A stretch of 32,000 nt of DNA from Candidatus Kuenenia stuttgartensis (GCF_900232105.1 NZ_LT934425.1:1800001-1832000), one strand, 5' to 3'. Counted from the stretch's first letter, positions 17,010 to 25,707 are shown. Numbers and translations are program-made. The notes: generated from the letters alone by a model not told the origin.

Positions 17010-18131
17010 TCAAACCCCCTGCAATACTGCATCCCGGGATTTTCCTGTCACGGGATTGTAGAGGGTGTCCCTTTCAACAGGTTCACGCCCAGCCTCCCTG
17101 ATCAATCGAATAATTTCAGTTACGGAAAGTGCTTCAGGAGTATTAGCTCCCGCGGCATGGGTAATCTTTTCCTCCTGCACGGTGCCGTCAATATCGTCCA
17201 CCCCGAAACTGAGGGAAATCTGGGAAAGTTTGATGCCCAGCATGATCCAGAACGCCTTGAGGTGGTCAAAATTGTCAAGCATCAGACGGCTGATGGCAAT
17301 TACCTTTAGATCAAGCATAGCAGTCGTGTTTGCATAAAAAGACAATTCAGTGTTTTTGGGGTGGAATGCAAGCGGAATAAAAGACATAAACCCGCCTGTT
17401 TCATCCTGCAATTCCCTAAGTTTTATGAGATGATTGATTCTGTCTTCCGGTGTTTCCACATGGCCATACAGCATAGTGGCATTGCTTCTGAGGCCTAGAT
17501 TGTGGGCTTCTCTCATTACCTGAAGCCATCTTTCCCCGCTGATCTTTTCCGGACAGAGTTTTTCCCGAACATGCGGAGAGAACACCTCTGCGCCTCCGCC
17601 GGGAAGAGAACCCAGCCCAGCCTCTTTCAGTTTTTTCAGGGTATCCGTTACGGAAAGCCCTGCTATTTGTGACAGGTGTTCAATCTCTACGGCAGTAAAT
17701 GCCTGTATGTGAATATCAGGATGTTTTTCGTGAATTGCATTCAGCATTTCGACATAAAAATCAAAGGGAAGTTCAGGGTGTAAACCGCCCACGATGTGGA
17801 ATTCCGTTGCTCCCTCCAGCGAAGCAGCAGCGGCCTTGTCCATGATTTCCAGCATGTCCATGGCATATCCGTTGGGGTCTTCCTGTTTTTTGCTAAACGC
17901 ACAAAACTTGCACTGGTTCTTGCAAATGTTGGAATAATTGATATGGCGGTTAATGATATAGTATGCCGTGTTGCCGTTCTTCCACTCCCGGATGCTGTTG
18001 GCAACAAGACCTATATGAAGGAGATCATTCGATTTGAAAAGCCGCACGCCGTCTTCAAATCCTAAACGTTTCTGCTGTTCCGCCTTTTGAAGAATGTCAT
18101 AAATAGAAGATTGTTTTAAAAGCCGTTCCAT
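17010..18131 (-). CDS. mqnE: Radical-SAM enzyme of the futalosine menaquinone pathway. It is most like aminofutalosine synthase MqnE, but MqnC cannot be excluded by eye.
   Basis: CKNQCKFC radical-SAM cluster motif. Family blocks: HIVGGLHPELPFDFY, TMLYGHVETPEDRINHLIKLRELQDETGGF, DDIDGTVQEEKITHAAG, EPVERDTLY. Confidence 0.8.
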   Translation of the reverse strand: MERLLKQSSIYDILQKAEQQKRLGFEDGVRLFKSNDLLHIGLVANSIREWKNGNTAYYIINRHINYSNICKNQCKFCAFSKKQEDPNGYAMDMLEIMDKAAAASLEGATEFHIVGGLHPELPFDFYVEMLNAIHEKHPDIHIQAFTAVEIEHLSQIAGLSVTDTLKKLKEAGLGSLPGGGAEVFSPHVREKLCPEKISGERWLQVMREAHNLGLRSNATMLYGHVETPEDRINHLIKLRELQDETGGFMSFIPLAFHPKNTELSFYANTTAMLDLKVIAISRLMLDNFDHLKAFWIMLGIKLSQISLSFGVDDIDGTVQEEKITHAAGANTPEALSVTEIIRLIREAGREPVERDTLYNPVTGKSRDAVLQGV

Positions 18132-18325
18132 TATTGAAAAAATATCAGAAATGTACTTTTAAATCAAGGACTATAGTATTGCTCTGCAAAAACCTCTTTT
18201 TTTGTAAGTTTTTGTAGATTGAAGATTGTTACCTGAATCTTGTGCCAAACAGACCGCTTCCGTTTGATTGCCAATTCCAAGTCGTTTTATGCGTACATAC
18301 CCGTTTTTTTTCTCAAAAACAGTAA

Positions 18326-18359
18326 CAGGTAGCGGCAAGGTGTGTCTTGCCGCTACCTG
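18326..18359 (-). terminator. Strong hairpin, a candidate intrinsic terminator or insulator on the minus strand upstream of mqnE
   Basis: Perfect 14-bp stem CAGGTAGCGGCAAG / CTTGCCGCTACCTG with a 6-nt loop. On the minus strand it is followed by TTACTGTTTTTGAG. Confidence 0.4.
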
Positions 18360-18385
18360 GAAACGTACTGGCGCTGGAAACTACA

Positions 18386-18738
18386 TTTGCGGGTTCAGGT
18401 TGCAAGCCAATGTCATTAAGTAGATAGGATACCATAACAGATCGTAGAGACAGGTTTGAAACCTGTCTCTATAATCAGGAGCAGCCTGTCTTCCTGTCAA
18501 TCATATACAGGCCGCTCCTACGGAGCTATTTACCTGTTGAATTTTATTGCGCTACAAACAGACCGCCCCTAAAGAGGCTACATTGCTTTTTATGTCCCCT
18601 TGGATTTTTCAAATAACTAAGGTGCTATGAATTATTTAATCAAAAACAATACCCTTTTTCCGCCTTTATTAAGGGGGACTTTTGCGGCCGTTTGCTTAAC
18701 TTAATGACATTGGCTTGCAAGCCTGAACCCACAAAAAA
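18386..18738. repeat. MITE-like element of about 350 bp with terminal inverted repeats of about 35 bp
   Basis: TTTGCGGGTTCAGGTTGCAAGCCAATGTCATTAAGT (18386-18421) pairs with GCTTAACTTAATGACATTGGCTTGCAAGCCTGAACCCACAAA (18695-18736). Internal hairpin TAGAGACAGGT-TTGAA-ACCTGTCTCTA at 18445-18471. No clear TSD. Confidence 0.55.
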
Positions 18739-18753
18739 AACCCTGTCAGGGTT
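18731..18753 (-). terminator. Candidate rho-independent terminator of the giant surface-protein gene
   Basis: The minus strand reads AACCC-TGACA-GGGTT followed by T8, about 60 nt after the stop at 18815. The stem is short. Confidence 0.4.
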
Positions 18754-18814
18754 GACCAACATACGTCCGGTTATGGTTCTGGATTCAACTAATCAACCGT
18801 TAACAGCCTTACGC

Positions 18815-21800
18815 CTATTCCACCAGCCAAACAGTCACTCCGGCCTTTTCCTTCACCCCCTTTGCCTTAAAGTTCACCTTTGCATTGCAATTATCCTTCA
18901 GGTTGCATTTATCCTTCTTTGCTGTTATGGTAAATACCGCCTTGCCCTCTGCGTCTGTATTCTGGTTTGAAGGCTTCACCTTTATTTTTTTATTGTTACT
19001 CGTGGTTACTTTTCTCTTTACCTTGACCCCTTCAATACCGAAGCCATCCACATCAGTAACCATTACCGTCACCTGCCCTTCCTCACCCTTTTCCAGAAAT
19101 AGTGAGTCCGGCGATACCGCTATTTTCTCCGCATTGCCAGGCACCCCGGGGGCGGGTGAAGAAGAAGGTGTAGGTGTAGGTGTAGGTGTAGGTGTAGGTG
19201 TAGGTGTAGGTGTAGGAACGGGTACAGTTGCTACAGGGGTAATTGACGGTGAGGGAACTGGTGTTGCCGGTGTGAAGGCGGGGGACTCCGTTGGCACAGG
19301 CAGAGCCACTACTGAACAGGTACCCGTCATCAATTGCGGGAACCCGGTAATGGTTGTCTCGTCATAAAAACTCGCCGTCAGGGTATCTCCGTCTGCCGCC
19401 TGTATGTGTTCATAGTCGAGTGTGGAATCGGCGCTTATCTGTATTGAACCCATGAATATACCCGTATCGGTGCCCATCTCCGCCATACTTACCCCTGCAA
19501 TATTAAGCCGAGAGGTCTGCACATAAACTTTTTCTAAAAGCGTTTCCGCCTCTTTATGGTCTGCGTTCGACTCCGCATTATTGAGGGTGATTTCCGCATA
19601 TTCCCCGAGAAGATATGCAGAACGGCTGAATGCAAGCGTTGCGTCAAAATTACTGAAAGAGAGTTTCTTTGTGACTGATACGGCGGAAGGCGGATTATAC
19701 GCCACCGTAATCGCACCGTCCTGCACGGTTTTTACCGTACCGATATTTGACCGCGCCGTTGCACTTGCCTCTCCGCTCGTGGTAGTACCTGTCTTTATGG
19801 TCGCTATAAATGTGCCGCTGTCAGCGCCGTCTTCGTTTAAATCCAGCAGGAGGTCGCTTCCGATATAATAGTTATCGCCCGAAACCTTTATGGCAGTGGT
19901 GAGTATATCCTCTGCCCTTGCATCGGTGTTTCTGTCGCCGTCCGCTACCGTGACAATCACCGTATCACCGGAGAGATACGCCACATCCTTGCTCAGTGTC
20001 ATAACGTCCTGCGATACCGTCGGGGTTGACGAGGGCTGTGGTGTGATTGTGGGGGTCGGCGTTAATAAAACCGTGAGTGTGGGCGACGCCGCTGCTGCGG
20101 CCGGGGTCGGTGTGGGTACTATCGGGGAGGATTCTGTGGTGAAACTCCATGAATGGTTCGATTCTATTGTTGTTCCCGCCCAGTTTGCCGCCTGGATTTG
20201 CGTAGTGGCGAATGCCGTATAGGTAGTATCGTAAGAAAGAGCGTCTGTGGGTGTAAATATGACGTCATAGGAATCGGTACTTGCAAAGCCATCTATCTTA
20301 TTTCCGTCAGGATTGGTCACATAAAAACTATCCGTATTCACCGTAGAGCCGTTGATGAGCATGGAAAAGGTTGCGGATATGGCGGCATCAACGGGTACAT
20401 TTACCGCGTTGTCTAACGGATTGGTTGAGTTGATGGAAAGCGTCGCTGCCTTCGGCTCCCCGCCGCCTCCGCCTCCCCCGCCTGAGCTTGACGTGGTAAA
20501 GGACTGTTCGCTGCCGGTTGAGGTGCCTGCGCTGCTATTTGCCGCACTGCGGTAATAATAGGTTGTGGCCGCGGACAGGTCGCTTATGCTGATGCTCACT
20601 GCCGTATTTTCACCGGTTACGGACTGGGTGGTTGACGTGCCGGTGTACACGCCGCTTGAGACGCCATAGCTGAACAGGGCTGTGGTAGGCAACCCTATCG
20701 TGCTTACCGTTGCAGAGAGCGTGACGGAGCTTGTCGTTACACTGGTGGCAGAGCCGGTTATCACCAGTGGTGTGAAGAGGAGCTTGGTAACAAAGGCGTC
20801 ATCACCAGATTTTTTAGCCGTCGACGTCCCCACGATCGGGAAGTTGCTGGAGCCGGTATACCCTGCTATGTATGCAGAGTCGGTACCATCCACGGCAATT
20901 CCAAGGGCAACATCACTACCACTTCCACCAATGTAGGTAGAGTAGAGAATCGAAATGGGCACCCCCGTGCCAAGTTTAATAACAAAGGCGTCTTCTGTAC
21001 CTTCTGCATGGCTTGTCGTTGTTCCCACAACGGGAAAATTAGTGGATGTGGTATACCCGATGATATACGCAGAGCCGGAACCATCAACGTCAATTTCTAG
21101 TCCACAATAATCATTACCACTTCCCCCGATGCAGGTGGAATAGACAAGCGCAAGGGGCGTCTCTGTGCCAAGTTTGGTGACAAAGGCATCGTATATCCCT
21201 CCTGCATGGCCTGTCGTTGTCCCCACGACGGGAAAATTGGCGGATGTAGTATGCCCGCTGATATACGCAGAGCCAGAGCCATCTACCGCGATTCCTATTG
21301 CCAGATCATCGCCGTCTCCCCCAATATAGGTGGAGTAGATAAGCGCAAGGGGCGTCTCCGTGCCAAGTTTAGTGACAAAGGCATCGTATGTCCCCCCTGC
21401 ATGACCTGTCGTTGTCCCCACGACGGGAAAATTGGCGGATGTGGTATACCCGCTGACATACGCAGAGCCGGAGTCATCTAAGGCTATTCCTCGTCCAAGT
21501 TCACTACCGGTTCCCCCGATGTATGTGGAGTAGATAAGCGCAAGGGGCGTCTCCGTGCCAAGTTTGGTAACAAAGACATCGTCTGTCCCTCCTGCATGGC
21601 CTGTCGTTGTCCCCACACGGGGAAAATTGGTGGATGTGGTATATCCGACGACATACGCAGCGCCAGAGCTATCCACGGCAATTCCTTGTCCATAATCACT
21701 GCCACTTCCCCCAATGTAGGTGGAGTATTCGAGGCTGTCGCCCGATGCGCCAAGCTTTGTAACAAAGGCATCATAATTGGTTTTTTTGGCCGTTGATGTC

Positions 21801-23545
21801 CCCGCGCGGGGAAAGTTACTGGATGAGGTATACCCGGTGATATACGCAGAGGCGGAGCCGTCCACTGCGATTCCAATACCATAATCAGCACCGTTTCCCC
21901 CAATATAGGTGGAGTAGATAAGCGCAAGGGGCGTCTCCGTGCCAAGTTTGGTGACAAAGACATCTTCATTAGCTTTCTTGGCCGTTGATGTCCCCACGAC
22001 GGGAAAATTGGCGGATGTGGTAAACCCGGTAACATACGCATACCCGGAACTATCCACGGCGATGCCATAGCCACGATCAGTATCGTCCCCCCCCAGGTAG
22101 GTGGAGTATTCGAGGATGGGATCTATGACGAGGGAGGAGGATTTTTCGTATGAGGCAACGGTAAAGCCGTAGACGAATTTATGATGGCGTCTTTCGGGAT
22201 GTACACTCTTGGATGGTTCGGGCGGGATCAGGTTTGTAACCTGATCCCCGTTGTTTATACCCTTTAAAACCTTAGCTATGGTGGCGCAAGTATCCGTTCC
22301 TTCCACCCCCTTCACCCCCGCCAGCGGGGGACATATTTCAACCAATAGCGTATCCTGCGGCTCTGCAAGCGCCTTCACCCCCACCAACGGGAAATATATA
22401 TCCGCCACCCGTTGGAGGGTGCCCGGTAAAGCAAGGCACTGCGCAAGAACCGGACGAGGATCTGTCCCCCTTTGGAGGGGGTTAGGGGGAGGAGCTTTGG
22501 GCGTGGTCAGGTTTGGTACAGGCTCTGCACCCTTTGCGTCTTTGCGGTGAATCACCTCCACCTGATGTCCCGGTTGGGTGCGCCCCGTCCATTCGGCCGT
22601 CGCAGGACTGGATTCATCCAAACCACATACCCTGTTCAGTATCCTGAACGAACCTTCAATCTCTCTCTTTTCTCCGTCGATTATCTGATAAATATACGGT
22701 TTTTTATGGATGATGCTGCCTTCTTTAAGGATGATTTCCATGTCGCCGTCTTCCCTGATGCGTAAGTCTTCTATCCCTTCATAACACAACTGAACACGGG
22801 ACGGACTGACTCCGGGCTTCACGATGACGTCATATTCCATCTGACGGTTGTTGCCGTAAAACCGCATATCGACGCCGTCGTAAATATTTTTGTACACAAC
22901 CGCGCCAAAGGTGGGGATATTGGTACGCCACTTCTCAGGGCTGCCTACAAAGTAATTGATCTTGCATTCCTGCATATCCTCCGCAACGATCCCGGGGTCT
23001 TTGTTTGCGCCAAGGGGAAATAGCCGTATGTGCTCCTGCGGCTGTGGGCTAGGGATTGCAGATTGAGGATTTACGGATTCCGTTTTTTTGCCGCGTGTCA
23101 GCGAGAGATATATCCCTTTTTTGGTAAAGAACATGCCCTGTCCGCTGCCTTTTTCATAATACTGTACCCGCGCATCCACCTGCCCGTCATTCTGTATGAA
23201 ATAGAGGGGCAATTTACCGTAAGATTCCTGCACGGAGGTGCGTACCGCCTCGCCAGGTTCCGATGTGCCGCTGACGTCTTCGGGGGTGAATAGAGCGTTT
23301 AAGCCGTTCAAGTCATTTAAAATGTTTGAACCGGATTGTTGGGTGCGCTCGCCCGACCTGCATGGCTCTGCTGGAACATTTACGGCGCGTCCGTTTATCG
23401 TGAATACCGGGTCGCTGTGTACTCCGATATCCCATTCATAGGCAGCCGATACGGCATCCTCCATTCCATGCCCGATATCTGTATAAATCCCTACAGCCAA
23501 AGCAATAAAAATCACTGTACGCCACAAGCGTACTATCCTACACAT
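18815..23545 (-). CDS. Giant secreted/cell-surface protein (1576 aa). Domains in order: signal peptide, N-terminal beta domain, seven SBBP beta-propeller blades, an Fn3-like domain, an SbsA/Big_5-like Ig domain, PT-rich linkers, two adhesin-like beta-sandwich repeats, and a C-terminal Big_1 (invasin-like) domain.
   Basis: AAAGGAG ribosome-binding site 8 nt upstream. N-terminus MCRIVRLWRTVIFIALAVG. GKLPLYFIQNDGQVDARVQYY is typical of SBBP-repeat proteins. There are seven YSTYIGGxGxDxGxGIAVDxSGxAYxxGYTxSxNFPxVG blades. YYYRSAANSSAGTSTGSEQSFTT is Fn3-like. NPLDNAVNVPVDAAISATFS is SbsA_Ig-like. The C-terminus AVSPDSLFLEKGEEGQVTVMVTD is Big_1-like. Confidence 0.9.
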   Translation of the reverse strand: MCRIVRLWRTVIFIALAVGIYTDIGHGMEDAVSAAYEWDIGVHSDPVFTINGRAVNVPAEPCRSGERTQQSGSNILNDLNGLNALFTPEDVSGTSEPGEAVRTSVQESYGKLPLYFIQNDGQVDARVQYYEKGSGQGMFFTKKGIYLSLTRGKKTESVNPQSAIPSPQPQEHIRLFPLGANKDPGIVAEDMQECKINYFVGSPEKWRTNIPTFGAVVYKNIYDGVDMRFYGNNRQMEYDVIVKPGVSPSRVQLCYEGIEDLRIREDGDMEIILKEGSIIHKKPYIYQIIDGEKREIEGSFRILNRVCGLDESSPATAEWTGRTQPGHQVEVIHRKDAKGAEPVPNLTTPKAPPPNPLQRGTDPRPVLAQCLALPGTLQRVADIYFPLVGVKALAEPQDTLLVEICPPLAGVKGVEGTDTCATIAKVLKGINNGDQVTNLIPPEPSKSVHPERRHHKFVYGFTVASYEKSSSLVIDPILEYSTYLGGDDTDRGYGIAVDSSGYAYVTGFTTSANFPVVGTSTAKKANEDVFVTKLGTETPLALIYSTYIGGNGADYGIGIAVDGSASAYITGYTSSSNFPRAGTSTAKKTNYDAFVTKLGASGDSLEYSTYIGGSGSDYGQGIAVDSSGAAYVVGYTTSTNFPRVGTTTGHAGGTDDVFVTKLGTETPLALIYSTYIGGTGSELGRGIALDDSGSAYVSGYTTSANFPVVGTTTGHAGGTYDAFVTKLGTETPLALIYSTYIGGDGDDLAIGIAVDGSGSAYISGHTTSANFPVVGTTTGHAGGIYDAFVTKLGTETPLALVYSTCIGGSGNDYCGLEIDVDGSGSAYIIGYTTSTNFPVVGTTTSHAEGTEDAFVIKLGTGVPISILYSTYIGGSGSDVALGIAVDGTDSAYIAGYTGSSNFPIVGTSTAKKSGDDAFVTKLLFTPLVITGSATSVTTSSVTLSATVSTIGLPTTALFSYGVSSGVYTGTSTTQSVTGENTAVSISISDLSAATTYYYRSAANSSAGTSTGSEQSFTTSSSGGGGGGGGEPKAATLSINSTNPLDNAVNVPVDAAISATFSMLINGSTVNTDSFYVTNPDGNKIDGFASTDSYDVIFTPTDALSYDTTYTAFATTQIQAANWAGTTIESNHSWSFTTESSPIVPTPTPAAAAASPTLTVLLTPTPTITPQPSSTPTVSQDVMTLSKDVAYLSGDTVIVTVADGDRNTDARAEDILTTAIKVSGDNYYIGSDLLLDLNEDGADSGTFIATIKTGTTTSGEASATARSNIGTVKTVQDGAITVAYNPPSAVSVTKKLSFSNFDATLAFSRSAYLLGEYAEITLNNAESNADHKEAETLLEKVYVQTSRLNIAGVSMAEMGTDTGIFMGSIQISADSTLDYEHIQAADGDTLTASFYDETTITGFPQLMTGTCSVVALPVPTESPAFTPATPVPSPSITPVATVPVPTPTPTPTPTPTPTPTPSSSPAPGVPGNAEKIAVSPDSLFLEKGEEGQVTVMVTDVDGFGIEGVKVKRKVTTSNNKKIKVKPSNQNTDAEGKAVFTITAKKDKCNLKDNCNAKVNFKAKGVKEKAGVTVWLVE
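19167..19214 (-). repeat. Perfect hexanucleotide microsatellite (GGTGTA)x8 that encodes a (Pro-Thr)n linker
   Basis: Eight uninterrupted GGTGTA units on the plus strand, giving PTPTPTPTPTPTPTPT in the giant protein. Confidence 0.9.
20775..22112 (-). repeat. Intragenic tandem repeat of about 192-195 bp x7 (the beta-propeller blades), with long stretches of DNA identity between units
   Basis: The minus-strand string ACCAAACTTGGCACGGAGACGCCCCTTGCGCTTATCTACTCCAC, or a near-identical version, recurs in four blades (plus-strand anchors near 21141, 21335, 21530, 21915). Confidence 0.8.
22299..22492 (-). repeat. Cluster of intergenic-type GC-rich hairpin repeats carried in frame inside the giant CDS
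   Basis: 22299-22334 (CCTTCCACCCCCTTCACCCCCGCCAGCGGGGGACAT) is nearly identical to 10888-10923. 22462-22492 (CTGTCCCCCTTTGGAGGGGGTTAGGGGGAGG) matches the 6228-6260 module. 22371-22420 forms a further hairpin. The segment is translated as ...PPPNPLQRGTDPRP...CPPLAGVKGVEGT... Confidence 0.65.
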
Positions 23546-23569
23546 AATACACTCCTTTCGATAATTTAA

Positions 23570-23628
23570 CAGAAGTCAGAAGACAGAAGCCAGAAGTACA
23601 GAAGGCATCGTACTATTTGAATGGCTGC
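23570..23628. repeat. Heptanucleotide tandem array (CAGAAGN)x5 plus about 25 bp of conserved tail; copy 1 of 2
   Basis: ACAGAAGTCAGAAGACAGAAGCCAGAAGTACAGAAGGCATCGTACTATTTGAATGGCTG. A direct copy about 85% identical lies at 25708-25766. Confidence 0.65.
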
Positions 23629-23733
23629 GTAGCTGCGAAATCTCTGTGGCTCACATTCATACCATTCAAATAAATAACATTCACCATAAACAATTTTATC
23701 TTTTTTCAGTAAATCAGGGTAAAGCCTTTGCAT

Positions 23734-25586
23734 CGGATGTTCACCCCAAGTCAAAAAACAAAAGTGCCGTAAAAGCCTTATATTTATTGACTTTTACGCC
23801 GAACAGCAAGCTTTTTTCTAGTGACTACCCGTATGTTCCGGCTTGGCAATACTTCTGGCAACTTTATCTGTAATGCCTCTAATAATTCATGTGATTGTTG
23901 CCGCGGACGCGGGATCTTCTGGCAACTAGCTTTTTGGCCTTTGATTGTTACTTCCATCGAACAAATGGTCGTCAATTGTGCGAGACCTTCCTCTACCGTC
24001 AAGTCAAAATTCTTCCACGCTCTGCGCAGCCTTCGAATTATCATGTACGCAAGCATTACCACAAACACATGTCCCCGTGTACTATCCTCCTTTCTTACAT
24101 ACACCGGACGAACCTCCAAATTCACCGTCTTACAGTCCCGAAACGCCTTCTCCACTTCCGTTAAATCCTTGTATCGTTCATGTACCAGATTGGTATCCGC
24201 CTCGTTCTCCTCAAGATCAGTCTTGATTGCGTAACAACCATCAAGGTATGATGCCTCCTTTAATGCTTCCTCAGCTCTCTCTATCTTTAGCGTCCTATCC
24301 TCTTCTTTTATCTGCACCCACCCATCAAGTTTCAATCTCGTTAGCCTTTCCCTTGTTGTTTCCAGGGCCTTCGATACTGACGACTTAGGATGTTCCTTCA
24401 GATAACTGTTCTTCTTCACGATGTATTTCTCTATACTCTGTAATTTTGATACACGGGTCTTTGACATCTCTTCCGCCCTTACCGGATTGCGCCTCAGAAT
24501 ATATCGAACCTCATCATCCTTTATCTCGCAGAGCTTTTCTTCGAACAATCCTAATTGCAGTATCCCTTTATTTATCAACGACTCTATCTGCGGCTTAGTT
24601 ATCGCCGTTATGTAATGAAACCCTTCCGGTAAACTTTCGATTTGCACCGTCTTGATCATCCCACGATCTCCTACAATCGTTACATCTTTGCATCCAAACC
24701 GCTCTAATACCTTCTTTACCTGAGATTCAAAGGTCTTCGGATCCTGGGTGTTGCCCCTAAATACTTCTGTTGATACCGGCTCCCCGGATTCATCACAAAG
24801 CATACCGATCACTATCTGTTTTTTCCTCTTTTTGCCGTCACGATTATACCCGTACTCACCAAAATGATTCGACTTCCCCTCTAAATAACTGCTCGTCACG
24901 TCATACAAAAACAACTTCGGCTTATTGCCTCCTCGTCTTAACTCAAACAGCTTTCGCTCTATCTTTGCCTGATTCTCTGACAACCATGACAAATTATCGT
25001 ACAGATTGTTCTCGTCAAACCCACGCTTCATATCCAGGACGTCACCCGCAGCATGTATCTGCGCCAGCCTTACTGCAGACAGTCTTGACCCCCGGCCTAT
25101 TACCCTTGCCATTACTTGCCAAAGCGCCAGCTTTCCTTCAAAGTCCTTTCCCAATGCCTCTTCTATCCCTAATTCCTTTGCCACTTGGTACACGCTCCAC
25201 GCTGCTCCCACAGACAAACCCTCATGGAGTTTCACCGATTCTGACAATGCGCCCAATGCACAGAGATCGTCTTTATGTGCGAGTGCAAGTCTTATCGCTT
25301 CAATCTCCAGGGGAGTGCAATTCGACAGATTCGCAATGGTGCGTTTCTTGACCTTCCCATCCTCACGGTACGATTCCCGCAGAAGGGTAGATCGATAGAT
25401 TTTTTTACCGGATTTTGACTTGTTCTCTACAATATGCATGTCCACCATTGTACAGATAACAACCATTATCAGTCAAGTATATTGTCGGATAATAACAATA
25501 TATTAGTGACTACATATTTATTAAAAATACAGCCTTAACAAACTATGTATTAAGCACTTATGCGTTTTGGCAGGGGTGAACATCCG
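23734..25586 (-). mobile_element. Intact IS1634-family insertion sequence (1853 bp) with a perfect 6-bp target-site duplication
   Basis: 14-bp perfect terminal inverted repeats: CGGATGTTCACCCC (23734-23747) and GGGGTGAACATCCG (25573-25586). The TTGCAT direct repeat sits at 23728-23733 and 25587-25592. The element holds a single 560-aa transposase ORF. Confidence 0.92.
23784..25466 (-). CDS. IS1634-family DDE transposase (about 551-560 aa; the real start is probably the ATG at 25448 or 25439)
   Basis: N-terminus HIVENKSKSGKKIYRSTLLRESYREDGKVKKRTIANL. DDE-like blocks: LFLYDVTSSYLEG, TIVGDRGMI, YKDLTEVEKAFRDCK. Confidence 0.9.
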   Translation of the reverse strand: MVVICTMVDMHIVENKSKSGKKIYRSTLLRESYREDGKVKKRTIANLSNCTPLEIEAIRLALAHKDDLCALGALSESVKLHEGLSVGAAWSVYQVAKELGIEEALGKDFEGKLALWQVMARVIGRGSRLSAVRLAQIHAAGDVLDMKRGFDENNLYDNLSWLSENQAKIERKLFELRRGGNKPKLFLYDVTSSYLEGKSNHFGEYGYNRDGKKRKKQIVIGMLCDESGEPVSTEVFRGNTQDPKTFESQVKKVLERFGCKDVTIVGDRGMIKTVQIESLPEGFHYITAITKPQIESLINKGILQLGLFEEKLCEIKDDEVRYILRRNPVRAEEMSKTRVSKLQSIEKYIVKKNSYLKEHPKSSVSKALETTRERLTRLKLDGWVQIKEEDRTLKIERAEEALKEASYLDGCYAIKTDLEENEADTNLVHERYKDLTEVEKAFRDCKTVNLEVRPVYVRKEDSTRGHVFVVMLAYMIIRRLRRAWKNFDLTVEEGLAQLTTICSMEVTIKGQKASCQKIPRPRQQSHELLEALQIKLPEVLPSRNIRVVTRKKLAVRRKSQ

Positions 25587-25707
25587 TTGCATAATTGGGT
25601 TTAAATGTATTCGTGCCCACTATAGCAAATGCTTCTCCCCTACACAATATTGAAATGACAAATTATGAATTTTAGATTGTTATCTGTTTTGAATCTACAA
25701 GGAAGAC

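Noticed and set aside
19167-19214. A regular short repeat array that could be mistaken for a CRISPR-like or regulatory array
   Set aside because: It is a 6-bp microsatellite with no spacers, lies in frame inside a CDS and encodes a PT linker. No CRISPR repeat/spacer architecture exists anywhere in the window.
18885-23441. Many medium-sized ORFs inside or antisense to the giant gene, for example 21484-22074(-) 196 aa, 18885-19367(+) 160 aa and 19890-20222(+)
   Set aside because: They lie entirely within the 1576-aa CDS in other frames or on the other strand. Their long open frames arise from GC-rich, repeat-biased codon composition (Gly/Thr/Ser-rich blades). Their sequences are repetitive Pro/Arg/Gly strings.
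23821-25398. Plus-strand ORFs of 89-193 aa inside the IS (23821-24234, 24770-25351, 25006-25398 and others)
   Set aside because: They are antisense to the 560-aa transposase. Their translations are Ser/Pro/Thr-rich and non-globular.
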